A stretch of 64,000 bases of DNA from a virus. The number at the start of each line of letters is the position of its first letter. Positions within the stretch are counted from its first letter, which is position 1. Location of the stretch: IMG/VR virus record IMGVR_UViG_3300017725_000001, positions 60,178 through 124,177 of that record. One strand, 5' to 3'. The translations under genes and the position numbers were made by a program. The notes beneath the pieces were generated by a model. The model was not told where the DNA came from. It was given only the letters and a program-made list of their open reading frames with translations, and did no database searches. Below, in pieces: positions 39,282-49,502 of the stretch.

Positions 39282-40167
39282 TTACTATCTCTATATTTGG
39301 AAAAGGTTCGTCCTCAATTCCTGTAATGTGTTTTTCATAATCAATTTTTAATTTTATGGTTGGAGATAATATATCTTTACCGCTAATTAATCGTTGATAA
39401 TAACTGTGTGGTAAATCTTCTCTTGAAAGTTTATTACTAATATGTAAATTATTATGTAGTTTAATATCAAAATACAGAATTAAATATTCGTCATCATCTG
39501 GTATTCTATTAAGCGAAATTTCTTCACAATAATTTTTTAGTTGTCCAGGAGAATCAAACTCTAATATACATTTTGTTTCTGTTATTTTTTCACCAAACTT
39601 ATATAACCTATCATTTATAATATTGTCTGTTATATTAATAGAATCTAATGTTGGCATTTCTAACTTATCTAGTACTGTATGATATTTTCCTAGTAACTCT
39701 CGATTTACTTTTACAGGAGTATCATGTACATAAAGTTTAAATGATTCTGGAATAGCATCTGCTTTATATTTTTCTTTTAAATTTAAATAATCAAATATTA
39801 ATCTACTTTCAAAAATATGATCTCCTATGCCTTCGCAAACTACTAAATCTACAGTATCACCTTTAAATTCGTTAAGAAACTCATCCGATCTTTTATTGTG
39901 TATAATACAACAGTCCTCTACGCCATGTTCCTTTACCATTTGCTCTATTACTTTTATTAGCTTAGGCTCTTGTTCTACTAAATGTACTGTTTCTGCACCT
40001 GCTTTAGCACATTCTATTCCTAGTATACCTGTTCCTGCTCCCAAGTCAATGACTATATCGCCAACACAAACTTTTGCCCTGATTGCCTTCACAAAGTTAT
40101 TAAGCCTGTGAGTATCAGATAGCATATAAAAATGACTATGTGTTTGTGTGTATTTTCCTCTAAACAT
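39274..40167 (-). CDS. SAM-dependent methyltransferase, PRMT-like
   Basis: H..MLSD..R, VIDLGAGTGIL, LVE, VDLVVCEGIG..IFES (double-E-loop-like). Confidence 0.75.
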   Translation of the reverse strand: MFRGKYTQTHSHFYMLSDTHRLNNFVKAIRAKVCVGDIVIDLGAGTGILGIECAKAGAETVHLVEQEPKLIKVIEQMVKEHGVEDCCIIHNKRSDEFLNEFKGDTVDLVVCEGIGDHIFESRLIFDYLNLKEKYKADAIPESFKLYVHDTPVKVNRELLGKYHTVLDKLEMPTLDSINITDNIINDRLYKFGEKITETKCILEFDSPGQLKNYCEEISLNRIPDDDEYLILYFDIKLHNNLHISNKLSREDLPHSYYQRLISGKDILSPTIKLKIDYEKHITGIEDEPFPNIEIVNV

Positions 40168-40172
40168 TATAG

Positions 40173-40364
40173 CTATTTATTATTGTTAATATGTTCCTTG
40201 TATGCTTCTTCAAAACCTTCTGTACCATATACGGCACGTTCGTTGTTGTTCCATAATCTTTTGAAGTAGCTGTTGTAACTACTTTTTATTGTTTCTGAAG
40301 ATGTATTTAAATGTCCTTTGACTAACCAAAATAGTCTGCAACATTCTTTATAGTCGGGATCCAT
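40173..40364 (-). CDS. Hypothetical protein
   Basis: 63 aa ORF with AGGA RBS directly after the tRNA. Confidence 0.6.
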   Translation of the reverse strand: MDPDYKECCRLFWLVKGHLNTSSETIKSSYNSYFKRLWNNNERAVYGTEGFEEAYKEHINNNK

Positions 40365-40378
40365 AGGACTTCCTAAAT

Positions 40379-40453
40379 TGGCACCAGCTGGAGGAATCGA
40401 ACCCCCGCCTTCAGTTTTGGAGACTGTCGTGCTACCACTAACACCAAGCTGAT
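40379..40453 (-). tRNA. trnW: tRNA-Trp (CCA)
   Basis: Cloverleaf: acceptor ATCAGCT/AGCTGGT, anticodon loop CTCCAAA, T-loop TTCGATT, encoded CCA end. Promoter TTGACA-17-TACTAT at 40467-40495. Confidence 0.95.
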
Positions 40454-40499
40454 TAACTGTACCTTCATAGTACTACACGTTATTCAGCTTGTCAAGTTT

Positions 40500-41462
40500 T
40501 TAAAATCCGTTTGGAATTAAAATATAATGTATTGTTAATACAATTCCAATAGATGCTAACAACCCTGTTATCATTTTAATAAAATCTTTTCCAATTAATG
40601 GAAATACTACTTTTAGTTTTCCCTTGCCTAGCATTGTAGCCATTGCAAGTTCACGTCCACATAGTAATCCAACAAACACCCAAGTTGTTGACATTGGAAT
40701 ATCGTTTAGTTCTTTAAAGAACCAAAGTACTAACCAATAAAATAAATCAATAATTGTTGCTGATCGAACATACTTTGTATTGTGTTTTTCTAATACTATT
40801 TTTTGTATTTTACCTCCGCTTTCACGGAACATAAATCCTAATCCAATAACAAATACTAAACTAATCATTACCATTAATTCAAAGTTCACTTGTCTTGGTA
40901 GGAATACGGCAATGTTTGCCATGTCATGACTTAACCAAGTCCACCATAAGAAACCAGTAGTTACCCATTGTGCTACTCGCCAGTATGGTTTATGTTTTTC
41001 TTTTACAGGATCGTTTATTTCATCAACAATTTTTGTAATAATAATCCAAATAGCATATGCCGCTACTGCCGCTACTGCATAACCCATAATAGATTTCATT
41101 AACATTTTTTCTAATACGAATGTACTAGCAAATGCACTTAATACTAAAAATGATGTACTAACTGGTACACCAACTCTTGTTAGCAATAATAGTAATGCAG
41201 GTGCCATTGCATGATACCACTTCACTTCCTGCCACGGAATTCTATTAAGTCGCCCGTATGATATATCTCCTCCATTCACTGTCCAGCCATACCATAAGGC
41301 CCAAAGTAAAACTGCCGAAGCAGACAACCATAATGTTTTCCAATGAAATCTTTCGTTGTTTGATGCAATCCATGTACCAAGAGTTTGTACTGAATCGTTT
41401 GCGATAACTGAATAGGCCGCTAATAGAAATCCTAGTCCCATCCAAATAGTTAAGTCACCCAT
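40500..41462 (-). CDS. Polytopic membrane protein, PiT/PHO4-like phosphate transporter
   Basis: IANDSVQTLG and SHDMAN resemble PiT signature motifs; duplicated PVSTS/PMSTT motifs. Confidence 0.6.
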   Translation of the reverse strand: MGDLTIWMGLGFLLAAYSVIANDSVQTLGTWIASNNERFHWKTLWLSASAVLLWALWYGWTVNGGDISYGRLNRIPWQEVKWYHAMAPALLLLLTRVGVPVSTSFLVLSAFASTFVLEKMLMKSIMGYAVAAVAAYAIWIIITKIVDEINDPVKEKHKPYWRVAQWVTTGFLWWTWLSHDMANIAVFLPRQVNFELMVMISLVFVIGLGFMFRESGGKIQKIVLEKHNTKYVRSATIIDLFYWLVLWFFKELNDIPMSTTWVFVGLLCGRELAMATMLGKGKLKVVFPLIGKDFIKMITGLLASIGIVLTIHYILIPNGF

Positions 41463-41565
41463 TAGTGCCTCCCTTTGTCATATATTGTTTTAATATACTA
41501 CAAGGTAATCTATTTTGTCAATGTTTTTTTAAATTTTTTTACAACCTGTAATTAGGTCATAAAAA

Positions 41566-41586
41566 AGGGCGACATAAAGCCGCCCT
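41566..41586 (-). terminator. Terminator after major capsid gene
   Basis: agggcg...cgccct stem flanked by A/T runs. Confidence 0.7.
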
Positions 41587-41613
41587 TTTAATATATATTC
41601 TAAAATTCTCGAC

Positions 41614-42777
41614 TTATGAGAATGATAGGTTACCAGCTGTAACACCAATTTTTGCTAGGTAGTCAGCCGCGTTACCAAGAGATGAAGCTTGGTTGTTTAG
41701 CTCTACATAACCGTATCTTGTCATGAAAGATACTGTTGGTTCGAATGTTGCTGGATCAAGTACTGTACCTGATGACATTAGTGGGATGTATGGACAATAG
41801 AATGCCGCCGCATCAATCTCACCGTCGCCTTTGTAACCTACTAGTACTGGGCTATCGTCTGCCGCGTACTGGTCAACAAACACTCTCATAGTACCGTTTA
41901 ATGTACCTACGAATTTAGTGTTAGTTGGTGCTTCAAAAGGACCTTCAGTTGTTCTTGCGAACGCTGAAGTTGTCGCTGATTGTAGTACTGTTAACATTGT
42001 TGGTGAAACAACAACGTAGTTACCTGCGCCACGTCTTGTACGTGTAGCAATTAAGTTAGCCGCTCTGTTAATAAGAACTGCTAACGCCGCGTGTTGGTCT
42101 CCAACGAAAGTTGCTTGACCTGATACATTCGCTTGATCGTATGTATCTGTTGCCGCGCCTGCTAAAGTACGTAGTGAAGTTAGAACTTCTTGGTCAATCT
42201 CAGCAGTAATTTCTTGGGCTAAAGCCTGCATAATTTCTGCTTCAACATCTAGACCATGCATTGAATTAGCATCTTGTGCCGCTTCAAATGTCCAACGTGC
42301 TGATAGTTTACGTGTTTTTGCTTCAACAGTTTGTTTCAATACTTGGATTGAAAGTTTACGACCTGCTTCTGCTTCTAAAGAAGAAGTTGAAGTTGGACCG
42401 CCTGTTGATGCGTCACCTGAGTAACCTTTTGCAATAGCAAATGGTGATAGTGCTTCGTCACCAGCCGCAACGCCTGCCGCTGTTTGACCATATCTTACTC
42501 TTAATGTGTGAATTTGTCCTACTGGACCTGTCATAGGTTGTACACCTACTAGTTCGTTTGCGATAACTGTTGGCATCACACGACGGATAACTGGTAGAAT
42601 CACTTTGTTAAGTGAAGCAACGTTACCGGCCATTGTAGTACCAGAATTAGCTGATTCTGAAAGATAGCTCTTTGTGTTTTCAAGAACTGATTCCATTACA
42701 ACTTTTTTGTTACCTTCTAAGCCATCTGTTAGGGCGCCTTTTGTAGCATCCCAATTTTCAAATAGATTCTGTGTCAT
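41614..42777 (-). CDS. Major capsid protein (gp23-like)
   Basis: VGVQPMTGPVGQI, RKLSARWTFEAAQD..HGLD.E.E, FYCPYIPL, FMTRYG. Confidence 0.97.
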   Translation of the reverse strand: MTQNLFENWDATKGALTDGLEGNKKVVMESVLENTKSYLSESANSGTTMAGNVASLNKVILPVIRRVMPTVIANELVGVQPMTGPVGQIHTLRVRYGQTAAGVAAGDEALSPFAIAKGYSGDASTGGPTSTSSLEAEAGRKLSIQVLKQTVEAKTRKLSARWTFEAAQDANSMHGLDVEAEIMQALAQEITAEIDQEVLTSLRTLAGAATDTYDQANVSGQATFVGDQHAALAVLINRAANLIATRTRRGAGNYVVVSPTMLTVLQSATTSAFARTTEGPFEAPTNTKFVGTLNGTMRVFVDQYAADDSPVLVGYKGDGEIDAAAFYCPYIPLMSSGTVLDPATFEPTVSFMTRYGYVELNNQASSLGNAADYLAKIGVTAGNLSFS

Positions 42778-42792
42778 TTGGAATTCTCCTTA

Positions 42793-43896
42793 TTAATTTG
42801 ATATTCCTGCTAACTTTTTAAGGTTAATAATTTCGGCTTCACTTTCAGTGTTCTGCGTGTGTGCCTTGTTACCTGTAATCACAGTCTTCTGCGATTCCGT
42901 TATTGTTTGTGAGCTCTTAACTGTAGTAGCACTTTCGTTTAATACTGTTGGTAAGTATTTGTTAAATTGTGCCTTTAACTTGCTTGTGTCAGTTGACTCA
43001 AGTAAGTTTGTCATTAGTTCACGTTTGTCTTTTGATAGAGGTCCCATAAGGTCAGTTAGCACCGCCTCACGTTCACGACTCTCGTTAATTCTAGCAATCT
43101 TTGTATTCGCTTCCTTAACCTTTGTCTCTCTGTCAGCAATTTCTTCTTTTGAAGCTTCAACTTCCGCTTTAGCTTCAGTAAGTTCTTTTGAAAGTTTTGA
43201 AATATGTGTTCCTTCTGCTAAATGTGAACCCATAAATTCAGCCGCAAATGTTTCAAATAGTTTTCTTCCAAACATATTTTCTTTTGCAGTTTTAATATCT
43301 TCTTTTAATGTACCAAGTTCTGTTGTTAGTGTATTCTCAACAATACCTGCTAGTTTAGAAGAAGCCTTATCTACGAATTCAGTCTTAGCTTTTGCAATTA
43401 TTTCTTTACCTTCTTTAACAAGTTTTACCTTCTGTTCAATTAGGTCTTTCTTGTCTTTATGGAATTCATTAAGTTCTGAAGTAAGTTGTTCCATAACGAA
43501 ATCTTCAAGTTTCTCAAAGTTTCCTTCTTGAACTTGTCTATCATTACGTAACTCAGCGATTTCTTTTTTCAAAGTTTCCATAACGAACTTATCTAAAAGT
43601 GTTGCGTGTTCTGCAATCTTAGCTTTGTACTCAACTTGAGCTTTAACTGCCGCTTGTTTGTCCGCTTTGAATTCTTCTAACTCTGATTTGATTGTATCTG
43701 ATACCATCGCATCAAGTGCTTCCACCATTTGCGTTTTATCAGTTTCATATCTGTTAGCGAATTCTTCACGTAGCTCTGCAGTTAACTCTTCACGAGCTTC
43801 TTGTAGCTTAGATTCCCACGCCTCTGAAAGTGTATTTCTCACTTCCTCTGATATAACTTCTGAACCTAGGAGTTGTTCTATTGCATTGTTAGCCAT
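42793..43896 (-). CDS. Prohead scaffold protein (gp22-like)
   Basis: Glu/Lys coiled coil between the protease and MCP genes. Confidence 0.8.
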   Translation of the reverse strand: MANNAIEQLLGSEVISEEVRNTLSEAWESKLQEAREELTAELREEFANRYETDKTQMVEALDAMVSDTIKSELEEFKADKQAAVKAQVEYKAKIAEHATLLDKFVMETLKKEIAELRNDRQVQEGNFEKLEDFVMEQLTSELNEFHKDKKDLIEQKVKLVKEGKEIIAKAKTEFVDKASSKLAGIVENTLTTELGTLKEDIKTAKENMFGRKLFETFAAEFMGSHLAEGTHISKLSKELTEAKAEVEASKEEIADRETKVKEANTKIARINESREREAVLTDLMGPLSKDKRELMTNLLESTDTSKLKAQFNKYLPTVLNESATTVKSSQTITESQKTVITGNKAHTQNTESEAEIINLKKLAGISN

Positions 43897-44534
43897 TACT
43901 TTCTCCTAATATCTAGTTTTTCAATGAACTTTTGTACTTCCTTCTGAAAGTACTGTTCAGCTAATTTGTCGTTGTTTACTGCGGATGCAACATCCATTAA
44001 TACGTTACCTCGCTTACCATTCATTATTTGTTCGTATAATGGGTCTGGATAAGCGTCTGGTGCACTTGGATTAGCTACAATATCAACTGTTTGTATTTCA
44101 AAATCGCTAACATTGCCGCTGTCTGTTACATTACCACTACCTCTTGATGAAACACCAAGTTTTACTCCATTATCTAAAAGGGTTTTACAAATATTTCCCA
44201 TCGGAGTAGGTAACAGTTTTAAACGACCATAACCGTCTTGACCATCCATCCACATTTTCTCAATCATGTGTGACACACGGTCTAAATTTACTTGCAAATC
44301 ATCTGGATGATCTGCTTCACCTAATACAGAGAATCCAGATTCGATTTTTTCTTGTATTGCTTTAACAGCTTTACTAATTTCGCTTACTGGATAAACTCTT
44401 TGATTTTGATTACGTTTTTCACCTTGTACAAAAATACCTTGCATGAACAGGTTCTTACCATCCTGAGAAGTCTCAGTAATGATTTGAGCCTGATCATACG
44501 ATAGATTTTCTTTTAATGTACTTGATCTTAACAT
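43896..44534 (-). CDS. Prohead protease (gp21-like)
   Basis: RNQNQRVY, GEADHP, VSH, LGVSSRGSG, DIVANPSAPDA. Confidence 0.95.
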   Translation of the reverse strand: MLRSSTLKENLSYDQAQIITETSQDGKNLFMQGIFVQGEKRNQNQRVYPVSEISKAVKAIQEKIESGFSVLGEADHPDDLQVNLDRVSHMIEKMWMDGQDGYGRLKLLPTPMGNICKTLLDNGVKLGVSSRGSGNVTDSGNVSDFEIQTVDIVANPSAPDAYPDPLYEQIMNGKRGNVLMDVASAVNNDKLAEQYFQKEVQKFIEKLDIRRK

Positions 44535-44536
44535 AA

Positions 44537-45433
44537 TTATTCAGCCTTGCCTTTTTTCTCAGCGCCGTGACCTTTTGCTTCTGGACTTAATTTAGCACCA
44601 TCACCTGGATGTGTTACACCCATGTCTTTTGGAGCATCAACTAAACCTGATTTGTCACCTTCTGAACCTTTTGCAGACATATCAACAGCTTTACCGCCCA
44701 TATCATTCTTACCTGCTACTGGCGATGCTTTACCATCGTCACCTGCTGGCATATCTTTAGGGTGCATACCGTCTTTGCCTACTTTTTTAAGTTCAGCCGC
44801 TTCTTCTAGGTTTTCTTCTGCTTCAGCGTCATCTTTAGCTTCTTCTACTTTATCTTCTTCAGCATCATCTGCTTTAGCTTCTAAAGTTGGTTCTGCTACA
44901 GCTTCCATTTCTGGCATTTCTGGCATATCTTCAGCTGGCGCTTCGTCTTCTGAATCTCCCATAATTTTGGCAAATTCTGTTTTAAGATCCGCTAGTGCGT
45001 CTTCTACGTTTACTAACTTATCTTGGATTTCTTCATGATCGGCTTCGTGATCGTCTGTTTCACCGTCACCGTCGAAGTCTACATCGTCGCCGTCTTTTGG
45101 CTCTTCATCTGATAATTCCATTTCAGCTTCTGGTTCTGACATATCAGGTGATTCTTCACCTTTATCTTCGCCATACATTTCTTCAGCTTCAATTTCGTCA
45201 TCATCTTCTTCGATGTCATCGATAAAGTCATCAGCTTTGTCTCCGCCTAAACCTTCATCAACTGTTTCTTCTTCAGCAACCTCATCTTCAATGATTTCGT
45301 CTTGTTCGACTAGGTCATTCCAGATTTCACGAGCTTTTTCTACGAATGCTTCATGTAATTGGTCAGCGGCTTTAGCCTCTTCACCATTTACTAGTGATTC
45401 GATTACTTTAATATAACGTTCGCGAGTACTCAT
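44537..45433 (-). CDS. Acidic prohead core protein
   Basis: Highly Asp/Glu-rich; lies between portal and protease. Confidence 0.6.
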   Translation of the reverse strand: MSTRERYIKVIESLVNGEEAKAADQLHEAFVEKAREIWNDLVEQDEIIEDEVAEEETVDEGLGGDKADDFIDDIEEDDDEIEAEEMYGEDKGEESPDMSEPEAEMELSDEEPKDGDDVDFDGDGETDDHEADHEEIQDKLVNVEDALADLKTEFAKIMGDSEDEAPAEDMPEMPEMEAVAEPTLEAKADDAEEDKVEEAKDDAEAEENLEEAAELKKVGKDGMHPKDMPAGDDGKASPVAGKNDMGGKAVDMSAKGSEGDKSGLVDAPKDMGVTHPGDGAKLSPEAKGHGAEKKGKAE

Positions 45434-45587
45434 AGCATTTTCTCCTTTATCGAGGTTATTACATACATATTTAAGACTTCTTGCCTAAAACCGATATATA
45501 ATACGTAAAAAACCGCGGTTTTGAAACCGCAGTCAGTTTAAATAGTTAAATCTGTTGTATTTGTGCTATTAACGGACTATATAATAG

Positions 45588-45782
45588 CTATTCTTTAGGG
45601 GCCGCACCATATTGTAACTGAACATCTTCTAGTTTATCTTTATGTTCTGCACGTGCTAATTCTCTTCTGTTTCTCATTTTATTAAGATGTCTAAGTGTTA
45701 GTTTAGGTCTACGTGTATCATCTAGATCCCATTGGTTAGACTTATCATCTTCTGCATTCTGAGCTAATTCATTAAATCTCAT
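45588..45782 (-). CDS. Small head-associated protein
   Basis: MRFNEL..DTRRPKLTL..LNKMR; overlaps the portal stop. Confidence 0.65.
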   Translation of the reverse strand: MRFNELAQNAEDDKSNQWDLDDTRRPKLTLRHLNKMRNRRELARAEHKDKLEDVQLQYGAAPKE

Positions 45783-47442
45783 CGCCAGTTCCTATTCCAT
45801 CATCATTTAAATCAGGTGTGTCAACATCTGCACCAGCATCATCTCCTGGTTCTGCATTTTCTGCATCTACATCAGTTGGTTCAAAACTTTCAACATCACT
45901 GTTCCTAATACCTAATCCTCCTAGATCACCTGTTGCACTACTAGTAGGCTGATTGCCTGCTTGGTTTTCTTCTTTCCACAATCTTTCGTTAGCTACTCTT
46001 TCTTCTTCAGTTAATCCTAGATATCTATCTAATAAGAATCTTCTTGATAGATATGGAACACCTTCAAGTTGTCCAAATAGTTGAGCTCGTTGTGCATCAA
46101 TCTCAATAGTTCTATATTGTGAGAAGCTTTGTGGTTCTACAAAGTTTAAATCAAATAAACTAGCACTAACGTCTAGTCCTCTGTGTTTACAAAATAATTT
46201 AAATTCTCTATCTAAAGAGTTTTGTAAAGTTGCTTGTAATCTTTCACAATATTTTGCAAATCTAAATTCTTGAATCATTGCAGTACCAACTCGTCCGTCA
46301 TTAAATGCCGCGATACCATCTTCACTACCTGTTGGTAGATAAGAAGTTGGAACACGTAAACCACGCATTAGTTTATTGTTAAAATATTTTAAGTCATCTA
46401 TTTCACCTAAGTTTTCACCACCTGGTAAAACTTCAACTTTACTTCCTCTTCCTTCTGCTGTTTGTGCAAAGAAATAATCTTCCATAATTGATAACGGATT
46501 ATAGGCCGCATCAACAACCTTAGTACCACCACCACTCATATTTGGAATACGTGTTTGGTGTACTTCGTTTTTAACTCTTTCTACAAAGCCCATAGCTTTG
46601 TGTGCTGGCATATTACCTACGTCAATATAGAACACACGTCTTTCTGGTGCTCTTTGTACACGATAGATAATAATACTATCTTCTAATAATTCTTTTTGTT
46701 TGTATACTTTAAATACTGCTTCTAATATACTGTTACCAAATGGCCAGTTATTATTCATGCCATCACTTAAACTAACATGAACCATATGTTTTGAATCTAC
46801 TGCAAACTCTGAACTCATACTTGATGAGTTATTTGCAGTTACAATTCCTGCATTACCTTTACCTACACTATAACCTGTTGTAGGATTAATAGTAGTTGAG
46901 TCTGTATGTTTTTTAGTATCTGTAGCTACAAGGTCTTGTAAATTTAGAGCAATGTTTTTTACAATATATTGATCAATTTTTCTACCTTCACTTTCGTTAA
47001 CGATAGACTTTGCAACATCACCTGGTTGTACCCAAATAAGTTTGTAAGTTTCTGGATCTCTAATAAAAAATTGATCACCATATTTTATACACGATCTAAA
47101 CATAGTAAACATTCTACGTTCAAAATCATTTATTCTAATCCATTGTTTTAATGTAGTTTCAATAGCATTTACTTCTGAATCTGTTGGCTCTGTTTTATAC
47201 TCAATTTTAAAAGGAAGTTTTGATTCTGCATCTGTCTGTGTACTAAATTCTGCAATAGTATCTAATGCCGCATTAATTTCACTGTCTTGATCCATTTGAT
47301 CATACTGTGTATATCGCTCAATACGATTTGGCTGACCACTGTATACTTCAGGTAGCCAACTCTGCCAACGATTAGTTTTTGTGTTTCCTGCAGATGTACT
47401 ACCACCTACGTTATATCTTGTAAAATGCTTTTTCCAGCTCAT
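45772..47442 (-). CDS. Portal protein (gp20-like)
   Basis: LLEDSIIIYRVQRAPERRVFYIDVGNMP, EDYFF..GRGSKVEVLPGG.NLGEIDD. Confidence 0.97.
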   Translation of the reverse strand: MSWKKHFTRYNVGGSTSAGNTKTNRWQSWLPEVYSGQPNRIERYTQYDQMDQDSEINAALDTIAEFSTQTDAESKLPFKIEYKTEPTDSEVNAIETTLKQWIRINDFERRMFTMFRSCIKYGDQFFIRDPETYKLIWVQPGDVAKSIVNESEGRKIDQYIVKNIALNLQDLVATDTKKHTDSTTINPTTGYSVGKGNAGIVTANNSSSMSSEFAVDSKHMVHVSLSDGMNNNWPFGNSILEAVFKVYKQKELLEDSIIIYRVQRAPERRVFYIDVGNMPAHKAMGFVERVKNEVHQTRIPNMSGGGTKVVDAAYNPLSIMEDYFFAQTAEGRGSKVEVLPGGENLGEIDDLKYFNNKLMRGLRVPTSYLPTGSEDGIAAFNDGRVGTAMIQEFRFAKYCERLQATLQNSLDREFKLFCKHRGLDVSASLFDLNFVEPQSFSQYRTIEIDAQRAQLFGQLEGVPYLSRRFLLDRYLGLTEEERVANERLWKEENQAGNQPTSSATGDLGGLGIRNSDVESFEPTDVDAENAEPGDDAGADVDTPDLNDDGIGTGDEI

Positions 47443-47477
47443 AATTTATTTCCTTTGCAGTATTTATGCTATTAGAC

Positions 47478-49502
47478 TTAGAACCTTCTAGAATTCCTAA
47501 TATTGTTCATTTCTATCTTTTCTTTAGCATCTATTTCTGCTTTAATTAGTTCAATATGCTCTTTGTATCGTTTTATTTGAAGTTCTTTATTAGCAACAAC
47601 ACTATTTTCTAATAGTTTAACATGATCTGCATACTTTGTCAAATCATTTTTTAGATCGCTTTTCGACCTATTGGCAACAGGTATCATGTCTATTGGTTTA
47701 ACTACTGCATGACTTTGCCCTTCCAGATGATGACCATAATAACTCTCTGGTAACATTCCATTACCAGGAGCACTACTAACTGCATCACTGTCGCTACTGT
47801 TAGGAGTACTATCCTTGTCAGAATTTTTGTCGGCATTTTCTAAATCTTCAGCAGTTTGTCCAAAGAACTTTGAAGAGGCATTCTTTATCATTGTTGAATT
47901 TTCTTCAAACCATTGTGATACTGATTCGACGCCAGCACTTAATTTATTAATTGGTAATGTAATTGCTTCTTGAGCAGTTAAAAACATTTTAGCCGCATCG
48001 TTCATTGCTTCTACTGTAGTACCTGCCGCTTCTAATTTTTTCTTTGTTTCTTCATTAAGTTTTTTAATTTCTTCTTGGTTTTTACCAATTACTGCTTTAA
48101 AGTCTTTATTAAATAAAAGTACAGTTGACTGAATACCTTGAATTTCTTTACCATATCCTTCTGCTGATGCTGAAAATTGTTTTGTGGTATCAATTTTGCT
48201 TATTTCATTCATTAAGAAATTGTTTACACCTTCACCTGTTAGTGTTCCTTCTCTAACTTTCATTGCTATTGCATCTGTTAATCCTGGAGCCACTGTTTGT
48301 AATGTTGCTAGAGTCCCTTGATCTAAGAATCCTTCTAATGTAAAGTTTCCAATGTCTCTTGAATATGACATTGTTGCTATATTAATTGCTTCTCCTAGAT
48401 TTTCAAATGCTTGTTTTCCTGGACCTTCAGCTCCTTCTATAATTAATGCAAGTTGTTTTTGAATATTTTCTACTGATATAGCTTGGTCTTCTAAACCCTG
48501 TCCTCTTAATATACTAGTACCGGCCGCTAATCTTACATCACTTAATGCTGATACTTGTGCCGCTAGTGCTTGGTTTCTATTTAATTTTGTTAGACTAGCT
48601 AGAGCAGTTGATTCAACTACAAGGTTAGCAAACGAGTTTCCAAGTTCTCTACCTTGTTCTTCCATGGACCTTGAATCTATTTGTCCTGTTATACGTGCCA
48701 TTTCTAAGTAGGCCGCATATTGATTCATTAACTCAGTATTCTGCATACCCAAGTCACCCATGTCATCTGTAACTTCACTTAACTGTTTAAACATTCCTAT
48801 AAACTTTTTACTACCTTTTGAAACGTTTCCGCCTAATGCTGTCATTGTTGATCCATAATTAGATATTGTATCTGCAAACGCATTATAGGTTACACCTGAT
48901 CTAAAACTTTGTTCATACAGTTTATCAAACTCACCTGCACTATCATAAAATATAGAACCACTGTCTATCATTTTTTGTTGTACTTCTGCAAACTGTTCAA
49001 ACTTGGCCGCATTCCAACCTGCCCAGGCTAGTGCAACATCAGCCGCAACATCCATTGCTCCGCCCCATCTTTTCATAAATCCTTCTAGTTTCAAAGCCTT
49101 GGTTAGTTTGGCTAATCCACCTTTTCCATTAGGACCATCCATATTTTTTGATAACGTTTTTAATGCACCAACCATACTACTCATTGGTTTTTCTGCATCT
49201 CCAAAGAATGTTGCTGTATTGTTTACTGCTTTTACTGCACCTACTAATCCTCGTTTACTTTCTTTTGATTGATTTAAATCTGTTTCTGCGTTTGTTTTTA
49301 CTGCATTAATAGTATTGTTTATAGCTTCAATTACTTCATCGTCCATGTCTGACATCTCTTTAACACCGTTTAACATTTCGCTAGTCAATACGTTTGTACG
49401 TTGCATTTGTTGAGCCATTCCAACCAATGTGGTTTCTGTAGCCCATGCAGGTACTTGTATCGTACTTCCATCTGGTAATAGTATGTTAGTTGTCTTTGCC
49501 AT
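47478..49502 (-). CDS. Tape-measure-like helical virion protein
   Basis: Long Ala/Gly helical protein; PAWATE N-terminal motif shared with the upstream paralog. Confidence 0.5.
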   Translation of the reverse strand: MAKTTNILLPDGSTIQVPAWATETTLVGMAQQMQRTNVLTSEMLNGVKEMSDMDDEVIEAINNTINAVKTNAETDLNQSKESKRGLVGAVKAVNNTATFFGDAEKPMSSMVGALKTLSKNMDGPNGKGGLAKLTKALKLEGFMKRWGGAMDVAADVALAWAGWNAAKFEQFAEVQQKMIDSGSIFYDSAGEFDKLYEQSFRSGVTYNAFADTISNYGSTMTALGGNVSKGSKKFIGMFKQLSEVTDDMGDLGMQNTELMNQYAAYLEMARITGQIDSRSMEEQGRELGNSFANLVVESTALASLTKLNRNQALAAQVSALSDVRLAAGTSILRGQGLEDQAISVENIQKQLALIIEGAEGPGKQAFENLGEAINIATMSYSRDIGNFTLEGFLDQGTLATLQTVAPGLTDAIAMKVREGTLTGEGVNNFLMNEISKIDTTKQFSASAEGYGKEIQGIQSTVLLFNKDFKAVIGKNQEEIKKLNEETKKKLEAAGTTVEAMNDAAKMFLTAQEAITLPINKLSAGVESVSQWFEENSTMIKNASSKFFGQTAEDLENADKNSDKDSTPNSSDSDAVSSAPGNGMLPESYYGHHLEGQSHAVVKPIDMIPVANRSKSDLKNDLTKYADHVKLLENSVVANKELQIKRYKEHIELIKAEIDAKEKIEMNNIRNSRRF

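Noticed and set aside
45507-45531. AAAACCGCGGTTTT palindrome with similar AACC.GG tracts near 5523 and 58742
   Set aside because: Too short and variable to distinguish from chance without a motif analysis.
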